A stretch of 64,000 bases of DNA from an uncultured Planctomycetia bacterium (GCA_964483625.1 CAZABB010000006.1:2129-66128); one strand, 5' to 3'. Positions 19,137 to 29,261 are shown, counted from the first letter of the stretch. Numbers and translations are program-made. Notes: generated by a model from the letters alone, not told the origin.

Positions 19137-20146
19137 CCCTTCATCAGTGCTTGTATCTCGGTTAATTCTTGTCTTTGCCTGCGGTATTCTTCTTCGGTTA
19201 TCCTGCCGTTACGGAATTCGTTGAATAGCTGGATGTATTGCCCTGCAAATATTCCGTTTGTGTCTGCTGGGTGCTGATTGGGTGGAGTCCGGGTGCATGG
19301 ATTATCCCCATTCTCTTGGTGCGTTGGCCGTGCCTCGGCGTATGGGTCTATGTGATCCATTGCCGAAGTCAGGTTCTTCTTGCCAAGCTGTGTATATGTC
19401 CTCGCCGTCAGCTCGACTTTCTCGTGCCTCATCAGCCTTCTTGCGGTCTCGAGATGTGTGCCCGAATTGATGAGCATTGAGCAGAAGAATTTTCTGAAGC
19501 TGTGGAAGCCGTATTTCTTTGCCTTGTAGCCGTTCTCTTTGATGTATAGGGTCTCAAGAAGTCCCGATTTTTGGGTGGCCTTCTCGAGCTCCTTTGACAG
19601 CGTGGTTACTGCTATCGGTTTCTCCGCCGTCTGGTGCGAGGGCAGGAGATACTTGCTGTCTCTCGTGTAGTGTGTCCATTTCTTCAGGAGCGGTATCAGG
19701 GACTTCGGGAAATACACGTCCTGGGGCACTCCTTTCTTCGTGACTATTAGCCTTATCCTGCATTCGTCGAAGTCTATGTTTTCTTTGAGGATTTCGCTTG
19801 TCTCTTCCCGACGGGTTCCCGTCACGCATGATACAAGGCTTGCCATCATGCAGTTGAGGTTATCCATGTGCCTGAACAGAGGGGGGAGGTCTTTTGGTCT
19901 GAACGGCTCCTTGCCTCTGTTCTTCTGAATCCATCTTTTGGGTCTCGGGTTGATTAGGCAGCCTTTTTCCCTGAATGCCCTAATCAGGAATTTCTTTTGA
20001 CGCTGCGTGATTCCTCCCGTCAGTATCTGCTCGTAAAGTTCCTCCGCTGTCAGATTGACCGTTTTCTGTATGTCCTTTTTCCCGTGTTGCTCGGGCTGTT
20101 TATTTGTTTGTTTATTTGGCTGTTTATCGGTTTGCATATTCGCCAC
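19133..20146 (-). CDS. tyrosine recombinase, catalytic-domain ORF (probably frameshifted gene)
   Basis: Catalytic residues in GTRREE...HSFRKFF...LMRHEKVELTARTYTQL (R..HxxR..Y). Low-complexity N-terminus KQPNKQTNKQPEQ encoded by a gtttgtttattt tandem repeat. Confidence 0.7.
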   Translation of the reverse strand: MANMQTDKQPNKQTNKQPEQHGKKDIQKTVNLTAEELYEQILTGGITQRQKKFLIRAFREKGCLINPRPKRWIQKNRGKEPFRPKDLPPLFRHMDNLNCMMASLVSCVTGTRREETSEILKENIDFDECRIRLIVTKKGVPQDVYFPKSLIPLLKKWTHYTRDSKYLLPSHQTAEKPIAVTTLSKELEKATQKSGLLETLYIKENGYKAKKYGFHSFRKFFCSMLINSGTHLETARRLMRHEKVELTARTYTQLGKKNLTSAMDHIDPYAEARPTHQENGDNPCTRTPPNQHPADTNGIFAGQYIQLFNEFRNGRITEEEYRRQRQELTEIQALMKG

Positions 20147-20534
20147 CTCTCAGGAAATCGTTCTGTGCGATTTTCTCTACATAGCCGATTATCTCGGCCC
20201 GAAGCTCCTCGGCCATGACCTCGTTCGGCCTGTTGCGTTGCAGATTCTCAGAAAAAGCCTCAGTCATGGACAGCCTTTTCTCCTGGATTTCCTGCTGAAG
20301 ATACAGGGGGAGATTAAGGACTCTATACCATGTATGGGCTGTGCTTGGCTTGATGTTGTGCCTTAGAAGCAGGGAGTTGATAATCTGCTCCTTCTCGCTC
20401 ATCTCCGATATTTTCTCTCGTCTCATCCTCGCAATCCGTTTCAGGTGATATCTTATTTCTTCCCGGGTTATTTTCGGATACATTGCCTGGACGATTTCCT
20501 TCACGTATCTTATCCGTTCAAATACGTCTATCAT
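20124..20534 (-). CDS. integrase N-terminal SAM-like/core-binding domain ORF (upstream piece of split integrase)
   Basis: IKPSTAHTWYRVLNLPLYLQQ fits the Phage_int_SAM pattern (S..T...Y..L..F). It overlaps the catalytic ORF by 23 nt in a different frame. Confidence 0.45.
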   Translation of the reverse strand: MIDVFERIRYVKEIVQAMYPKITREEIRYHLKRIARMRREKISEMSEKEQIINSLLLRHNIKPSTAHTWYRVLNLPLYLQQEIQEKRLSMTEAFSENLQRNRPNEVMAEELRAEIIGYVEKIAQNDFLRGGEYANR

Positions 20535-20808
20535 GGTTACAACCTCGCTTTACTTTACTCATAGAATTCGATAGCCATTCTTAAAATTTGTAAAGTAAAT
20601 GTAAAGCAAGCCCGTTTAACACCAGAAACAGTCAAATAAGAGCCATACTACAGCGGCATTTATGTATTGGATATGTTTTTGCTGTTTCTGCCGTTTTAAG
20701 CCTTGTATTGGCTGTTTTGGGGCTTTTCGGCAATCGTTTCTATGGTGTATTTTAGAAGTTTGGATAGGTTTTTAAGTCTTTCTTTTCATTCATGTATTGG
20801 ATAGGGTT

Positions 20809-21258
20809 TTACCCTGTCGGATTGAGAATTTTCTCCGCCTTTTCGAGAAGCTTTGTGATCTCTTTTTTGAGAGACACCATCCTTCCGCATATCTTCTCCT
20901 GAATTTCGCCTGTCCGCCTTAGATTGCTTATCTGGTCGTTCATGGCCTGCTGGGTTGCCTTGATGATGTTGGTCTGGATTGAGATATTGTTGAGGTTTCG
21001 GGCGTAATCCTCTTTGTCCTGCGGTCTTATTTTCTTGTGCTCCTCGAGATAGTAGTTGAGGCGGTCGAGATTCTTTTCTATCAGCTCAGCATAATACTTT
21101 GTGCGGTATAGGTCTGTTACTGTTGCGTTCTGGGCTTTTGCGAACGAGTCGATGTTTCGCTTCTGTTCCTCGATTCCGTTCGACATCTTTTTCAGGAGAG
21201 CCTTTATGTCCGGCATGGGAAAAATAAAAGAAAAAGGAGATAAAAACATTTCACTCAA
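20809..21258 (-). CDS. hypothetical coiled-coil protein
   Basis: 149-aa ORF. Confidence 0.35.
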   Translation of the reverse strand: MSEMFLSPFSFIFPMPDIKALLKKMSNGIEEQKRNIDSFAKAQNATVTDLYRTKYYAELIEKNLDRLNYYLEEHKKIRPQDKEDYARNLNNISIQTNIIKATQQAMNDQISNLRRTGEIQEKICGRMVSLKKEITKLLEKAEKILNPTG

Positions 21259-21351
21259 ATATTGCTTCTATTTCGAGTAGTCTTTGAGTGTCTTTTTTAT
21301 TGTTTTAGTCTTTTTTGGGGGTATAATTTAGGTTGTTGAAAGGGAATCATT

Positions 21352-21921
21352 ATGTATAAAAAAATCTTGTTTCTTGGCAAGAAAACATACAAAAAAGACT
21401 ATTCTAAGGCAATTGTTTTAAAAGCAATTAAAGACAAATATTCTTCTATCACAGAACTGCCTGACTCCAAGGCGGCTTACGAGAAGTGCAAAGTATCTCA
21501 CTTTGACATAATCATAGTTGATATGAAGATGCCTGGCCAGGAAGAAAAGCAATGGCTGGAAAAGATTCGCCTTGAGCATGAGGATATTCCGATAGTCATG
21601 GTTGAAGAATTCTCAGGGCAAGCCAAGTTTGTTGCAAAAGAAGCATTTGTCGAATTAGCTTTTTCCGGAGCTGATACCGAAAAGAATAAAAAGAAGGATA
21701 ACAATAATAGAGATATGGATAAGGAATTAGAGGCTATGTTGGAGAAAATACCTATTGAGCAGAGGCAGGAAGCTGAACAGCAGATTAGAAGCATGTATGA
21801 AGAACTTTATAAAATTCGTGAAATAGGTGACAGAATCCACAGTATTTATGAGCATACTCATGCTCAGGTAGAGGCTACTATGGAGAAAGCGAAGGAATAC
21901 GGTTATGTCCCAAGGCCCTAA
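21352..21921 (+). CDS. receiver-like (degenerate CheY-like) domain protein
   Basis: DIIIVDMKMPGQEE...IPIVMV pattern, C-terminal coiled coil. Confidence 0.4.
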   Translation: MYKKILFLGKKTYKKDYSKAIVLKAIKDKYSSITELPDSKAAYEKCKVSHFDIIIVDMKMPGQEEKQWLEKIRLEHEDIPIVMVEEFSGQAKFVAKEAFVELAFSGADTEKNKKKDNNNRDMDKELEAMLEKIPIEQRQEAEQQIRSMYEELYKIREIGDRIHSIYEHTHAQVEATMEKAKEYGYVPRP

Positions 21922-22258
21922 AATCCCATTAACTTCTTATGGTTTTTTTACAGATGCTTTTTTAAAACCTGTTAGGGAGAGTCTCATTCGTATTGAGGCA
22001 GATTTTGAGCATCAGGCAAAAGATATTTCCAGGATAGACAATTTATGCAATGATATGATGAAAGACATAAGCACTTTGAAAGCTGATGTTGAAGGGTTAA
22101 AATCTGAGTGTAAACATGCAAAAGAGGATGTTCTTCAAAAGCTTATTATTATGATTCAGAACCGTAAGATTAGTTTGCAGGATAATCAGATAAAAGATTT
22201 AATTGCACATTTCTCTGCATTGCTCTCCGATAAGCAGGACAATCCAGATAAAAAATAA
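21905..22258 (+). CDS. hypothetical coiled-coil protein
   Basis: Overlaps the upstream gene by 17 nt on the same strand. Confidence 0.3.
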   Translation: MSQGPKIPLTSYGFFTDAFLKPVRESLIRIEADFEHQAKDISRIDNLCNDMMKDISTLKADVEGLKSECKHAKEDVLQKLIIMIQNRKISLQDNQIKDLIAHFSALLSDKQDNPDKK

Positions 22259-22440
22259 ATAAAAAGTTATCACTCATTTATTGCTTTTGCTGTGAGTAAT
22301 CTTTGAGTGTCTTTTTGTAGGCTATGCCGTCGAGTGCGTCGTAATAGTCGCTTCTGTAGTTCTCTATGAAGTGTCCAAGAAGGTCTTTGATCTCTTTGAC
22401 GTCATTCGAGATTTTAAGCACTGCCTGCCTGCATCGTTCC

Positions 22441-22680
22441 TCAAGCGAGTCCTGCGTCATCTTGAATCCTCCTCAGAGGTTTAAGATTAGAAAATCCGCC
22501 TTTTGGATTTTCTTTATCTGAGCCACCTTTTTGAAGAATTGCCTGCAAGTAGTTGGCGTGAACAAAGTCTGTCCTTATGGTCTCTATGATGAGCCAGCTT
22601 CCGTCTTTGCTTGCCCGAATCTTCTTTCTGAAGACAGGCTGCTTCTCCTCGAATTCCTGCTTCTGTTTTTCTTTTGCCAT
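22441..22680 (-). CDS. hypothetical small protein
   Basis: 79-aa ORF. Confidence 0.25.
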   Translation of the reverse strand: MAKEKQKQEFEEKQPVFRKKIRASKDGSWLIIETIRTDFVHANYLQAILQKGGSDKENPKGGFSNLKPLRRIQDDAGLA

Positions 22681-22980
22681 TTTATTCCTCCACTATCACC
22701 CTTACTCAGACGTAGTGATGGACACCCTTAAATGGCTTTCACCCGATATTTACTTACGGGAAAAGTAAATGTCTGTGGCTTTTTGGAACACTGCAAACAA
22801 TGATTATCTTTTTCTCGCCCTCAAGAAAGAGAATTTTGTCTTTATCTGCCAGCCTCAGAGTCCTTTTTACTTCTGGGATGGTTGTTTTATACGTGATTGT
22901 TTCCGGTTTATCCATTCTTAAAGCTCTGTTATTGTTCTGTTATTTACTTTATATAAATGTTTTCATTAAATCAGCTAATC

Positions 22981-23232
22981 ATGGACGCTGACGAATTGCT
23001 CGGTTACGTGCTTTCAAGCAAGAGAAGGAAGCAGGTTTTAAAAGAGCTGCGGAAGGGCCCGAAGAGGCCGATGGAGCTGTGCAAAAAGCTGAAGCTCGAC
23101 ACAGGCAACACGGCGAGACTTCTCTTCCAGCTCGAAAAGAACGGGCTCATTAAGTGCATCACGCCCGACAAGAAAAGCTGGCGGGTCTACAAGATAACAG
23201 ACACGGGAGAAAAGATACTGAAGAGTCTGTGA
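22981..23232 (+). CDS. winged-helix DNA-binding protein
   Basis: KGPKRPMELCKKL...TARLLFQLEKNGLIKCI...WRVYKITDTGEKIL, paralogous to the 16349..16831 protein. Start at ATG 22981. Confidence 0.45.
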   Translation: MDADELLGYVLSSKRRKQVLKELRKGPKRPMELCKKLKLDTGNTARLLFQLEKNGLIKCITPDKKSWRVYKITDTGEKILKSL

Positions 23233-23272
23233 TCCTTGCAGGAAATTCTTGATTAGAAAAGATGAGGGGGCA

Positions 23273-23545
23273 TTACTGCCGCCCTCTCTGGAATTGACAG
23301 CCTTCGCATCTTGAAGGGTCTTTGCATGCCTGGCAGACCTTTGTTGCGTCTATGTGCTTCGTTAGTTCTGCAAAGCACCACTCCATCGCATAAGTCATTG
23401 GTTTGCCGAGCATCCACGCAATCCTTCTCAGTGTTGAGCTGTCGTCGTTGCTTAGTTCGGGTGTGTAGGCCATTGCTTCTCCTTTCTCATTTGTGACAGA
23501 AGGCGTTTTCCTTTCCTGCTGTCGAAGGCCACGAATTCGAGACAC
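23273..23545 (-). CDS. hypothetical protein
   Basis: 90-aa ORF. Confidence 0.3.
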   Translation of the reverse strand: MSRIRGLRQQERKTPSVTNEKGEAMAYTPELSNDDSSTLRRIAWMLGKPMTYAMEWCFAELTKHIDATKVCQACKDPSRCEGCQFQRGRQ

Positions 23546-23837
23546 TTGTCGGGAATTGCTTTTCTGAATTCCCTGAGCCTGTCATCGACGGTGTAGCCTC
23601 TGAACGTCGGTAGCTGTATAGCCATCGTTTACCCCCTTTCTGTTATGTGAGTATAAGACGGGCAGTTTTTTCCGTCATGCCCTGGACGTTTCCCCTTACC
23701 CCTGATAGTGGTAGTAGTGGTGGTGTTTTTGGCTTTTCCCCGCTGTTGTCCTCAATCCTTTAACAGAATGAGTTAGATAGGTTTTTCACCTTCATAGGGG
23801 CCGGTTTAAAGGTTGTCCGGCAACTTCTCTGTGTGTT

Positions 23838-24164
23838 TTACCAGCATTGTGCTTCGGCAATGAGAGATACGTCTTTGGCTGGCTTTGGCTCCCAGTATAG
23901 GTCTCTGTCGACCTCAAGAAACTTGACCCGCAGGTCTGAAAGTTCTTTGAGGCTGAAGTTTCCCCATTCGGCCATTTCGAGGTCGCCGTTGAGCACAGCA
24001 AACCCGAAGAATATCTCGTCTTCGAGGCAATACTCGCAGGCATACCAGTCGCATCCGCCGATGAAAAAGTGCATATAGATCACTTTCTCCTTCAGGGGAG
24101 TGCTTTCGCCTGAATACATTCGCGGGAGCTTTGCAAGTTCTTCCGCTGTGGGCTTATTCCACAT
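23838..24164 (-). CDS. DUF2958-like protein (conjugative-element associated)
   Basis: MHFFIGGCDWYACEY...E motif resembles the DUF2958 family, common on ICEs and plasmids (from memory). Confidence 0.45.
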   Translation of the reverse strand: MWNKPTAEELAKLPRMYSGESTPLKEKVIYMHFFIGGCDWYACEYCLEDEIFFGFAVLNGDLEMAEWGNFSLKELSDLRVKFLEVDRDLYWEPKPAKDVSLIAEAQCW

Positions 24165-24466
24165 AGGTTTTCTCCTTTCTCCGGGACACTTACCCAGATT
24201 TCTCCGTCAAGGTCTACCCAGTCCAGCACTTCCTCAGTGCCATTCATCTGGTCTTTGCGAATCCACACAATTCACCTCCTTTCGTAGCTTTGCGTTTCTG
24301 CACAAAATTGTTTTGATTAAGGAGTGAATACGGGTGAGGTAGAAAAAGATTTCACTCAAGAATTACTCATGGAAAGAGAATGATTGAAGAGGTTTGCACT
24401 CAGGAAGCACTTTTTGTTTAAGAGTATTCGTAGTCTGGGATATCTTTCTGAGGAGAAAATGAGGGA

Positions 24467-24940
24467 TTAATTTTTTGTCGGAATTAGTTTTTGAGAAATG
24501 GTTTTGATTGAGCATTGCTTGTTCTTGTTGTCCCAAATAGCGCAGAATTCTTTTATGCATGGGGCGTGTTGCCAGACGTATGTTCCTCCGCCGTAACCGC
24601 CGATATGAGTTTCTTGGCCTATTGATATTTGTGTGAATGGACACATTTCGCCTTTTAGGTATGTGGGGGCGAGTTCTTCCTGACTGAGGGTTTTGTCTTC
24701 TCTGTGTTTTTCTTCTTCTTTGAGTATTGCCAGAATGGAGTTTTTGTTTTCTTTACAGAATTCGTCCATGCTTTTTTTGCCATCCTTTGGCAGGGTGAAG
24801 GACTTTCCGTTAATGAAGCGAAATATATATTTGCCTTTTTTGTATTGTAGGGTGTGATGAAGCAGTCCACATTTTGTGCATATTCCTGTTAGTGGGATTG
24901 TTTTTTCCCCGCAGAGTATACAGGGTTTTCCTATATTCAT
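24467..24940 (-). CDS. zinc-ribbon hypothetical protein
   Basis: N-terminal CxxC...CxxC (CILCGEK...CTKCG). Confidence 0.4.
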   Translation of the reverse strand: MNIGKPCILCGEKTIPLTGICTKCGLLHHTLQYKKGKYIFRFINGKSFTLPKDGKKSMDEFCKENKNSILAILKEEEKHREDKTLSQEELAPTYLKGEMCPFTQISIGQETHIGGYGGGTYVWQHAPCIKEFCAIWDNKNKQCSIKTISQKLIPTKN

Positions 24941-25038
24941 TTTTTCCCTCAGGTCATTTTAGGCTTTTTGCATGGTTGCGTTTTTAAAATATAAATAACT
25001 ATCGTTATTTATGGGTATCCCCACAGTTTTAAGAATGT

Positions 25039-25392
25039 TCATGAAGCTTTGAAGTATATCGTCGGGCAGAGGTATTTTGTTCCTTGCTGGTTGTTTCTGT
25101 GATTGTATTTTTCTTTCCTGAGCAGGATTATGGGTGCTCGTATCAGAATTTGGGGTTTTCCGTCCTTGTCATCTTTTTCTGCTTTCTTCGCTCCCCATAG
25201 TCTTATCGCTGTGCTTGTTGTCGAAAGAGTGCTTTGCCTTATGTCTTTTGCGAGCCTGCTTATCGGTGTCCATTGGACATATTTCGGGAGTGCCTTGATT
25301 ATCTTTATCGCTCTTGCTTCCTCTGAGCGTTCAAGGTGGAAGAAGCTTTCTTCATTGTGGAAGCTTACGAGCCTCAGTTTTTCTCTTGCCAT
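25039..25392 (-). CDS. hypothetical protein
   Basis: 117-aa ORF abutting the ATPase gene. Confidence 0.35.
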   Translation of the reverse strand: MAREKLRLVSFHNEESFFHLERSEEARAIKIIKALPKYVQWTPISRLAKDIRQSTLSTTSTAIRLWGAKKAEKDDKDGKPQILIRAPIILLRKEKYNHRNNQQGTKYLCPTIYFKAS

Positions 25393-26774
25393 TTTCCTGC
25401 TATCTCTTTGAGTTCTTCATCGCTGACTTTTCTTATCGGGAGCGGTTGCGGTGTCCTTATTAGGCAGTTCTTGGCTCTGCCTTTCACTTTTGCAACTGCC
25501 TGGGCGACCCATATGTAGTCGAGGTATCTTGTCTCGTGGGGTTTGAGGAACAGGGCGTTTGATACTGTCGAGATGTCCTTGTAGGTGTTGTTTGTGAAAT
25601 GGATTTGGGTCTTGCACTGGTAAGCGTAATTGGGAACAGAGCTTGGCTCCTGCAAAATCGAGCATAGCCCGAGGCCCATCTTGCGTCCCTCACGGTAAAG
25701 ATTCTGAAGGATTTCCCCAGCTATCTGTTGTTCGTGCTGGCTTGAGGGGAAGAGGTGCTGGGCTTCCTCGCATATCAGGAAGAGCCGGAGCTTTTCGGAC
25801 TCTCCTCTGCTGAGCATTTCGAGAAGAATATGCAGGAACAAGGCTTCCTGGAAGAGTATCCTCAGGCTGTTGGGGAGTTCTATGTCCATTTCGAGAATGG
25901 TTATTCCCGGCCTTTTCAGCATTTCTGAGACGTCCATCGGGTTTCGTGAGCCGAACAGCTCTTTGGTATTTGAGCGGAGAAGGCTGTTAAGCACTCGAAG
26001 GGCCGAGTCCTTCCAGAGAGCAGACCTGCCCCGCAGGAATTGCCTGTCCACACGCTTCTTGATGTCCTCGATGTTCGGGAGCAGACGGAGCTTTCCCTCC
26101 TCGTAGCCGTCGAGAAGGTTTTCCGCCTCGTTCAGAATGAGGCTTCCTGATCCCTGGCCTGACAGTAGGGATTTGGCGAGAGGTTTTTCCGCTATTATCT
26201 CAATCCAGCTCCTTCTCGATATCCCTTTCGGGCCCGAGAAGAAAAGGTTGTATCTGAACGGAGAGATGTCCCTGCCGATAGTGAAGACCCGCACTTCAAA
26301 AGGATATTTCTCAGGTGGTAGCGAGAGCAATGATTTCCACTGGCGGTTCCAGTCCACAATCCAGACAGGAATGCCCTTCTTTGCCATCTGGACAGCGATA
26401 TTGAAAGAAAGAAGCGTTTTTCCTGTTCCTGTAAGCCCCGAAACCATGATGTGCTGCATGGCATCCTCAAGAGAAATCCGTAGCGGATAAAGCTCTCTGT
26501 CCGTTCCGTCGGAATTCTTCCCGTAACAGACCGTTCCGAGTGTTATATCTCCCTGTCCGCACTCCCGCTCTGTCGAAGGGGGGAGCATCACTTGGTCATT
26601 GAGTAGCCTGTCCTTGAGGAGCTTGTTTGCCGATAGCCTGAGAATCTTATCAAGCCTTTCTTTCCGCTCATCATCGCCTATTGCGTGTATCAGCTTCAGT
26701 TTTTCAGCTTTATCCGAGCCCCACTCAGTCTCGAGCTTCAGAATCAATTCATTTGTGCTTTCTGCTGTGTCCAT
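25374..26774 (-). CDS. FtsK/HerA/VirB4-superfamily P-loop ATPase (DUF87-like)
   Basis: Walker A SGLTGTGKT, Walker B-like LFLICEEAQHLF, length about 466 aa. The likely start is MDTAESTNE at 26774. Confidence 0.6.
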   Translation of the reverse strand: MDTAESTNELILKLETEWGSDKAEKLKLIHAIGDDERKERLDKILRLSANKLLKDRLLNDQVMLPPSTERECGQGDITLGTVCYGKNSDGTDRELYPLRISLEDAMQHIMVSGLTGTGKTLLSFNIAVQMAKKGIPVWIVDWNRQWKSLLSLPPEKYPFEVRVFTIGRDISPFRYNLFFSGPKGISRRSWIEIIAEKPLAKSLLSGQGSGSLILNEAENLLDGYEEGKLRLLPNIEDIKKRVDRQFLRGRSALWKDSALRVLNSLLRSNTKELFGSRNPMDVSEMLKRPGITILEMDIELPNSLRILFQEALFLHILLEMLSRGESEKLRLFLICEEAQHLFPSSQHEQQIAGEILQNLYREGRKMGLGLCSILQEPSSVPNYAYQCKTQIHFTNNTYKDISTVSNALFLKPHETRYLDYIWVAQAVAKVKGRAKNCLIRTPQPLPIRKVSDEELKEIAGKWQEKN

Positions 26775-26776
26775 TT

Positions 26777-27241
26777 TTAACCCAGAATCTTCCTGTCCTG
26801 TTTTAGTTCCTGTCTTTTGTGCCACTCGTTTATGAAGTAGGTGATGGGTTCGTTGAGGTCTTTCCATGTTTCATGCCTGTTTTCGAGCATCCGCATTTCC
26901 AGGCTGTTCTTTTCTTTTTCGAGCATGGATTTCCTTCTCTCGATGTTCATGTTGTAGCCTGTCCTGAAGCCTGAAAGCTCGCCGATCTGTCCAGATAGCT
27001 CGTTCCATTTTGATTCAAGAGCATAGGAAGAAGCCCGATAAAGTTTAAGCCTGTAAGCCACGGAAAGGGCGGTATTCACGACCTTATCGAGAAGCTTGCC
27101 GGAGTCCTGTTCAAGGATTTCCTCGATAGAAAAGCCTGAAGCAGGGCTTCTTTCGGGCTTGCAGGGCTTGCCAGATGAATAGAGATACTGCTGGAAGAAC
27201 GGCGTGTAATAAGCAACTGGTTTATAGTTATTGAAGTTCAT
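26777..27241 (-). CDS. hypothetical protein
   Basis: 154-aa ORF immediately upstream of the ATPase on the same strand. Confidence 0.4.
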   Translation of the reverse strand: MNFNNYKPVAYYTPFFQQYLYSSGKPCKPERSPASGFSIEEILEQDSGKLLDKVVNTALSVAYRLKLYRASSYALESKWNELSGQIGELSGFRTGYNMNIERRKSMLEKEKNSLEMRMLENRHETWKDLNEPITYFINEWHKRQELKQDRKILG

Positions 27242-27517
27242 AGTAATTGATTAGTGAGGACAAGATTGTTTTTAGATTTATCACCCAAAGATTATGTTTA
27301 GTTAGAGTAGCTTTTCCGTTTCGGCCAGAGCTTGCGCTCTTTTCCCCGAAACGGACTGGAAACGGAGGCAGTGCAAAAATATCCCCTTGGGGCCTGTCGG
27401 CATGAGGCATCAAGGTCATTTTCGCTCTTTTTTTCTCTGCTGGATACTTTCTGAACGGATTTTGTCGTGAAATTTTAAGAATTTTTGAATTTTTTTTGAT
27501 TTTGTCATATAATGCCC

Positions 27518-27546
27518 TTGACACTGACAAAATGATATGGTATATT
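27518..27546 (+). promoter_or_regulatory. consensus sigma70 promoter (TTGACA-17-TATATT)
   Basis: TTGACA at 27518-27523, 17-nt spacer, TATATT at 27541-27546, about 115 nt upstream of the 27664 gene. Confidence 0.5.
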
Positions 27547-27663
27547 TACTTTGAAAACGCTTTCCGGGCACTGACCACGGACTCGCTTAATGCGAGGCAG
27601 CTTTGTAAAGCTACTGTTCCTAAAGGACAGTGGCTTTTTTGCTATATGGGAAGAGAATGACGA

Positions 27664-28410
27664 GTGAAAATTCCTAAGAACAGGAAAATGATTAGTGTAG
27701 AGATTTTTGGGGGGGAGACTATTCTTGTCCCTGAGTATGATAATGTTCTTTTACCGGATGGCAGAAAACTGCGACTTTCAAAGATTACTCCATTTAACCA
27801 GCTTCTTTATCTTTGGAAGGATAAAAAGGGTAACCTTTTCATTCATAAAGCAGGCAGTTATGAAGAGGCATTGTATATTTCAGGCGAATCCCGCAGGTGC
27901 TTGTTTTGTAATAGTTCCGGATGCGTTCATCAGGGAATTGCGGCCTTTGGCTCTCGAGATATTTCGCCTTTATTCGGAAGCGGAGCTTATGAGACTGATG
28001 AAAGCCGTTATGTAACGATAGATATCTGGGATAAATATTTGATTTCTGCGCACCGCTGCCAAAGGTATGAAAAACATTTTATTTCGGTTTTTGAAGTCCG
28101 CTCGTTGCTTGAAGGATTAACGGAATGTCCTGCGTGCGGTTCAAAATATGGATTTGAGAATGTTCGCTTGGAAGAACATCGTGAAGAAATACAGACGGAT
28201 TTCCTTCTTTTCATCAAGCATGGATGTTATATGAGTGAAGATTTCCGTAGTAAGCATTATTCGGGACAAAATCTCGACGAGATGCTCGATTGGATGCTTA
28301 ATGGCTATCAGTGCAAAAATTGTAAATGGAAATTCGACAGGTCGTTTCAGACCAAATGGAAACCGATAGAAAAAGGGGGGAATTCGGGACATATGCAGGA
28401 GATATTTTGA
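27664..28410 (+). CDS. Cys-rich hypothetical protein (zinc-ribbon motifs)
   Basis: CLFCNSSGC, CPACGSKYG and CKNCKW motifs. Confidence 0.5.
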   Translation: MKIPKNRKMISVEIFGGETILVPEYDNVLLPDGRKLRLSKITPFNQLLYLWKDKKGNLFIHKAGSYEEALYISGESRRCLFCNSSGCVHQGIAAFGSRDISPLFGSGAYETDESRYVTIDIWDKYLISAHRCQRYEKHFISVFEVRSLLEGLTECPACGSKYGFENVRLEEHREEIQTDFLLFIKHGCYMSEDFRSKHYSGQNLDEMLDWMLNGYQCKNCKWKFDRSFQTKWKPIEKGGNSGHMQEIF

Positions 28411-28491
28411 TGATATCGAGTAAAAAATCTTATTAGCTTAGATTTTAGGTAGCACGCACTACCAGCGATAATTTTATCGCGCCTTAACCAA

Positions 28492-28533
28492 GGGCTATTC
28501 TCAGCAGAAATGCTGGGGGTAGCCCTTTTTTTT
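28492..28533 (+). terminator. rho-independent terminator/attenuator
   Basis: GGGCTA...(inner CAGCAgaaaTGCTG)...TAGCCC followed by T8. Confidence 0.45.
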
Positions 28534-28561
28534 GTTTATACCCATTAACCAAAGGAGAGCC

Positions 28562-29224
28562 ATGAAAAGATTATCAATATTATTATTTCTTATCTTTCTC
28601 TCAGGGTGCGCTTCCATCACGCCCTATCTTAACCAGCCACAGGAGCTTCATGAGGGCGAGGCGGTAATCCTTTCCCGCCTGCTTGATTCAGCATCCCCGC
28701 TCGAGAATTTCGAGGCCGTGAGAGAGATTGCGTTCAGGAACAATCCTGACATGAATGTTCTTGCACTCGAGATAATTTCTTATCACAAGGGGCTCGGCCT
28801 GCTTCGGAATTTCCCCCTGTCCTCCGGCTCAAAAATATACTTCGGTGATTATGCAGGTTCGGCGATGAGTGTCTGCACTTATGTTTCAGACCTGATCAGG
28901 AAGATAAATCCCGAGAGCGACCCGAACATGAAAGTGATGATTGCGAGATTCGAGAGGCTGAGGCTTGAGATTTCCCAGGGGATATCGGATGAGCTTTCTC
29001 TTCTCGAAGACCTGAACGAAGAGGTCAGGGTGCTCAAGTCCCTGCATAAAGACAAGTCCATCGAGGAAAAGATAAACAGGTTCTTTGAAAAGAAAGGCTT
29101 CAGCATAGCTTCGGATGGTGAGAAGCAGGAAGACAAAAATGAGGAGCTTCTGAAGAAAAAGCTCGCTGAAAGGGAAAAGGTAGTCCGCCGGATTTACGAA
29201 CTCTGCGGGCTCGTTAAAAAATAA
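28562..29224 (+). CDS. lipoprotein
   Basis: AAGGAG RBS, MKRLSILLFLIFLSGCAS signal peptide and lipobox, helical C-terminus. Confidence 0.55.
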   Translation: MKRLSILLFLIFLSGCASITPYLNQPQELHEGEAVILSRLLDSASPLENFEAVREIAFRNNPDMNVLALEIISYHKGLGLLRNFPLSSGSKIYFGDYAGSAMSVCTYVSDLIRKINPESDPNMKVMIARFERLRLEISQGISDELSLLEDLNEEVRVLKSLHKDKSIEEKINRFFEKKGFSIASDGEKQEDKNEELLKKKLAEREKVVRRIYELCGLVKK

Positions 29225-29261
29225 TTCTAAAAATCAACCATTCAGGGAGGTGTGAACAGAA

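Noticed and set aside
27228-27530. 100-aa minus-strand ORF
   Set aside because: It overlaps the consensus TTGACA-17-TATATT promoter of the divergent plus-strand gene and has an implausible composition. Likely non-coding.
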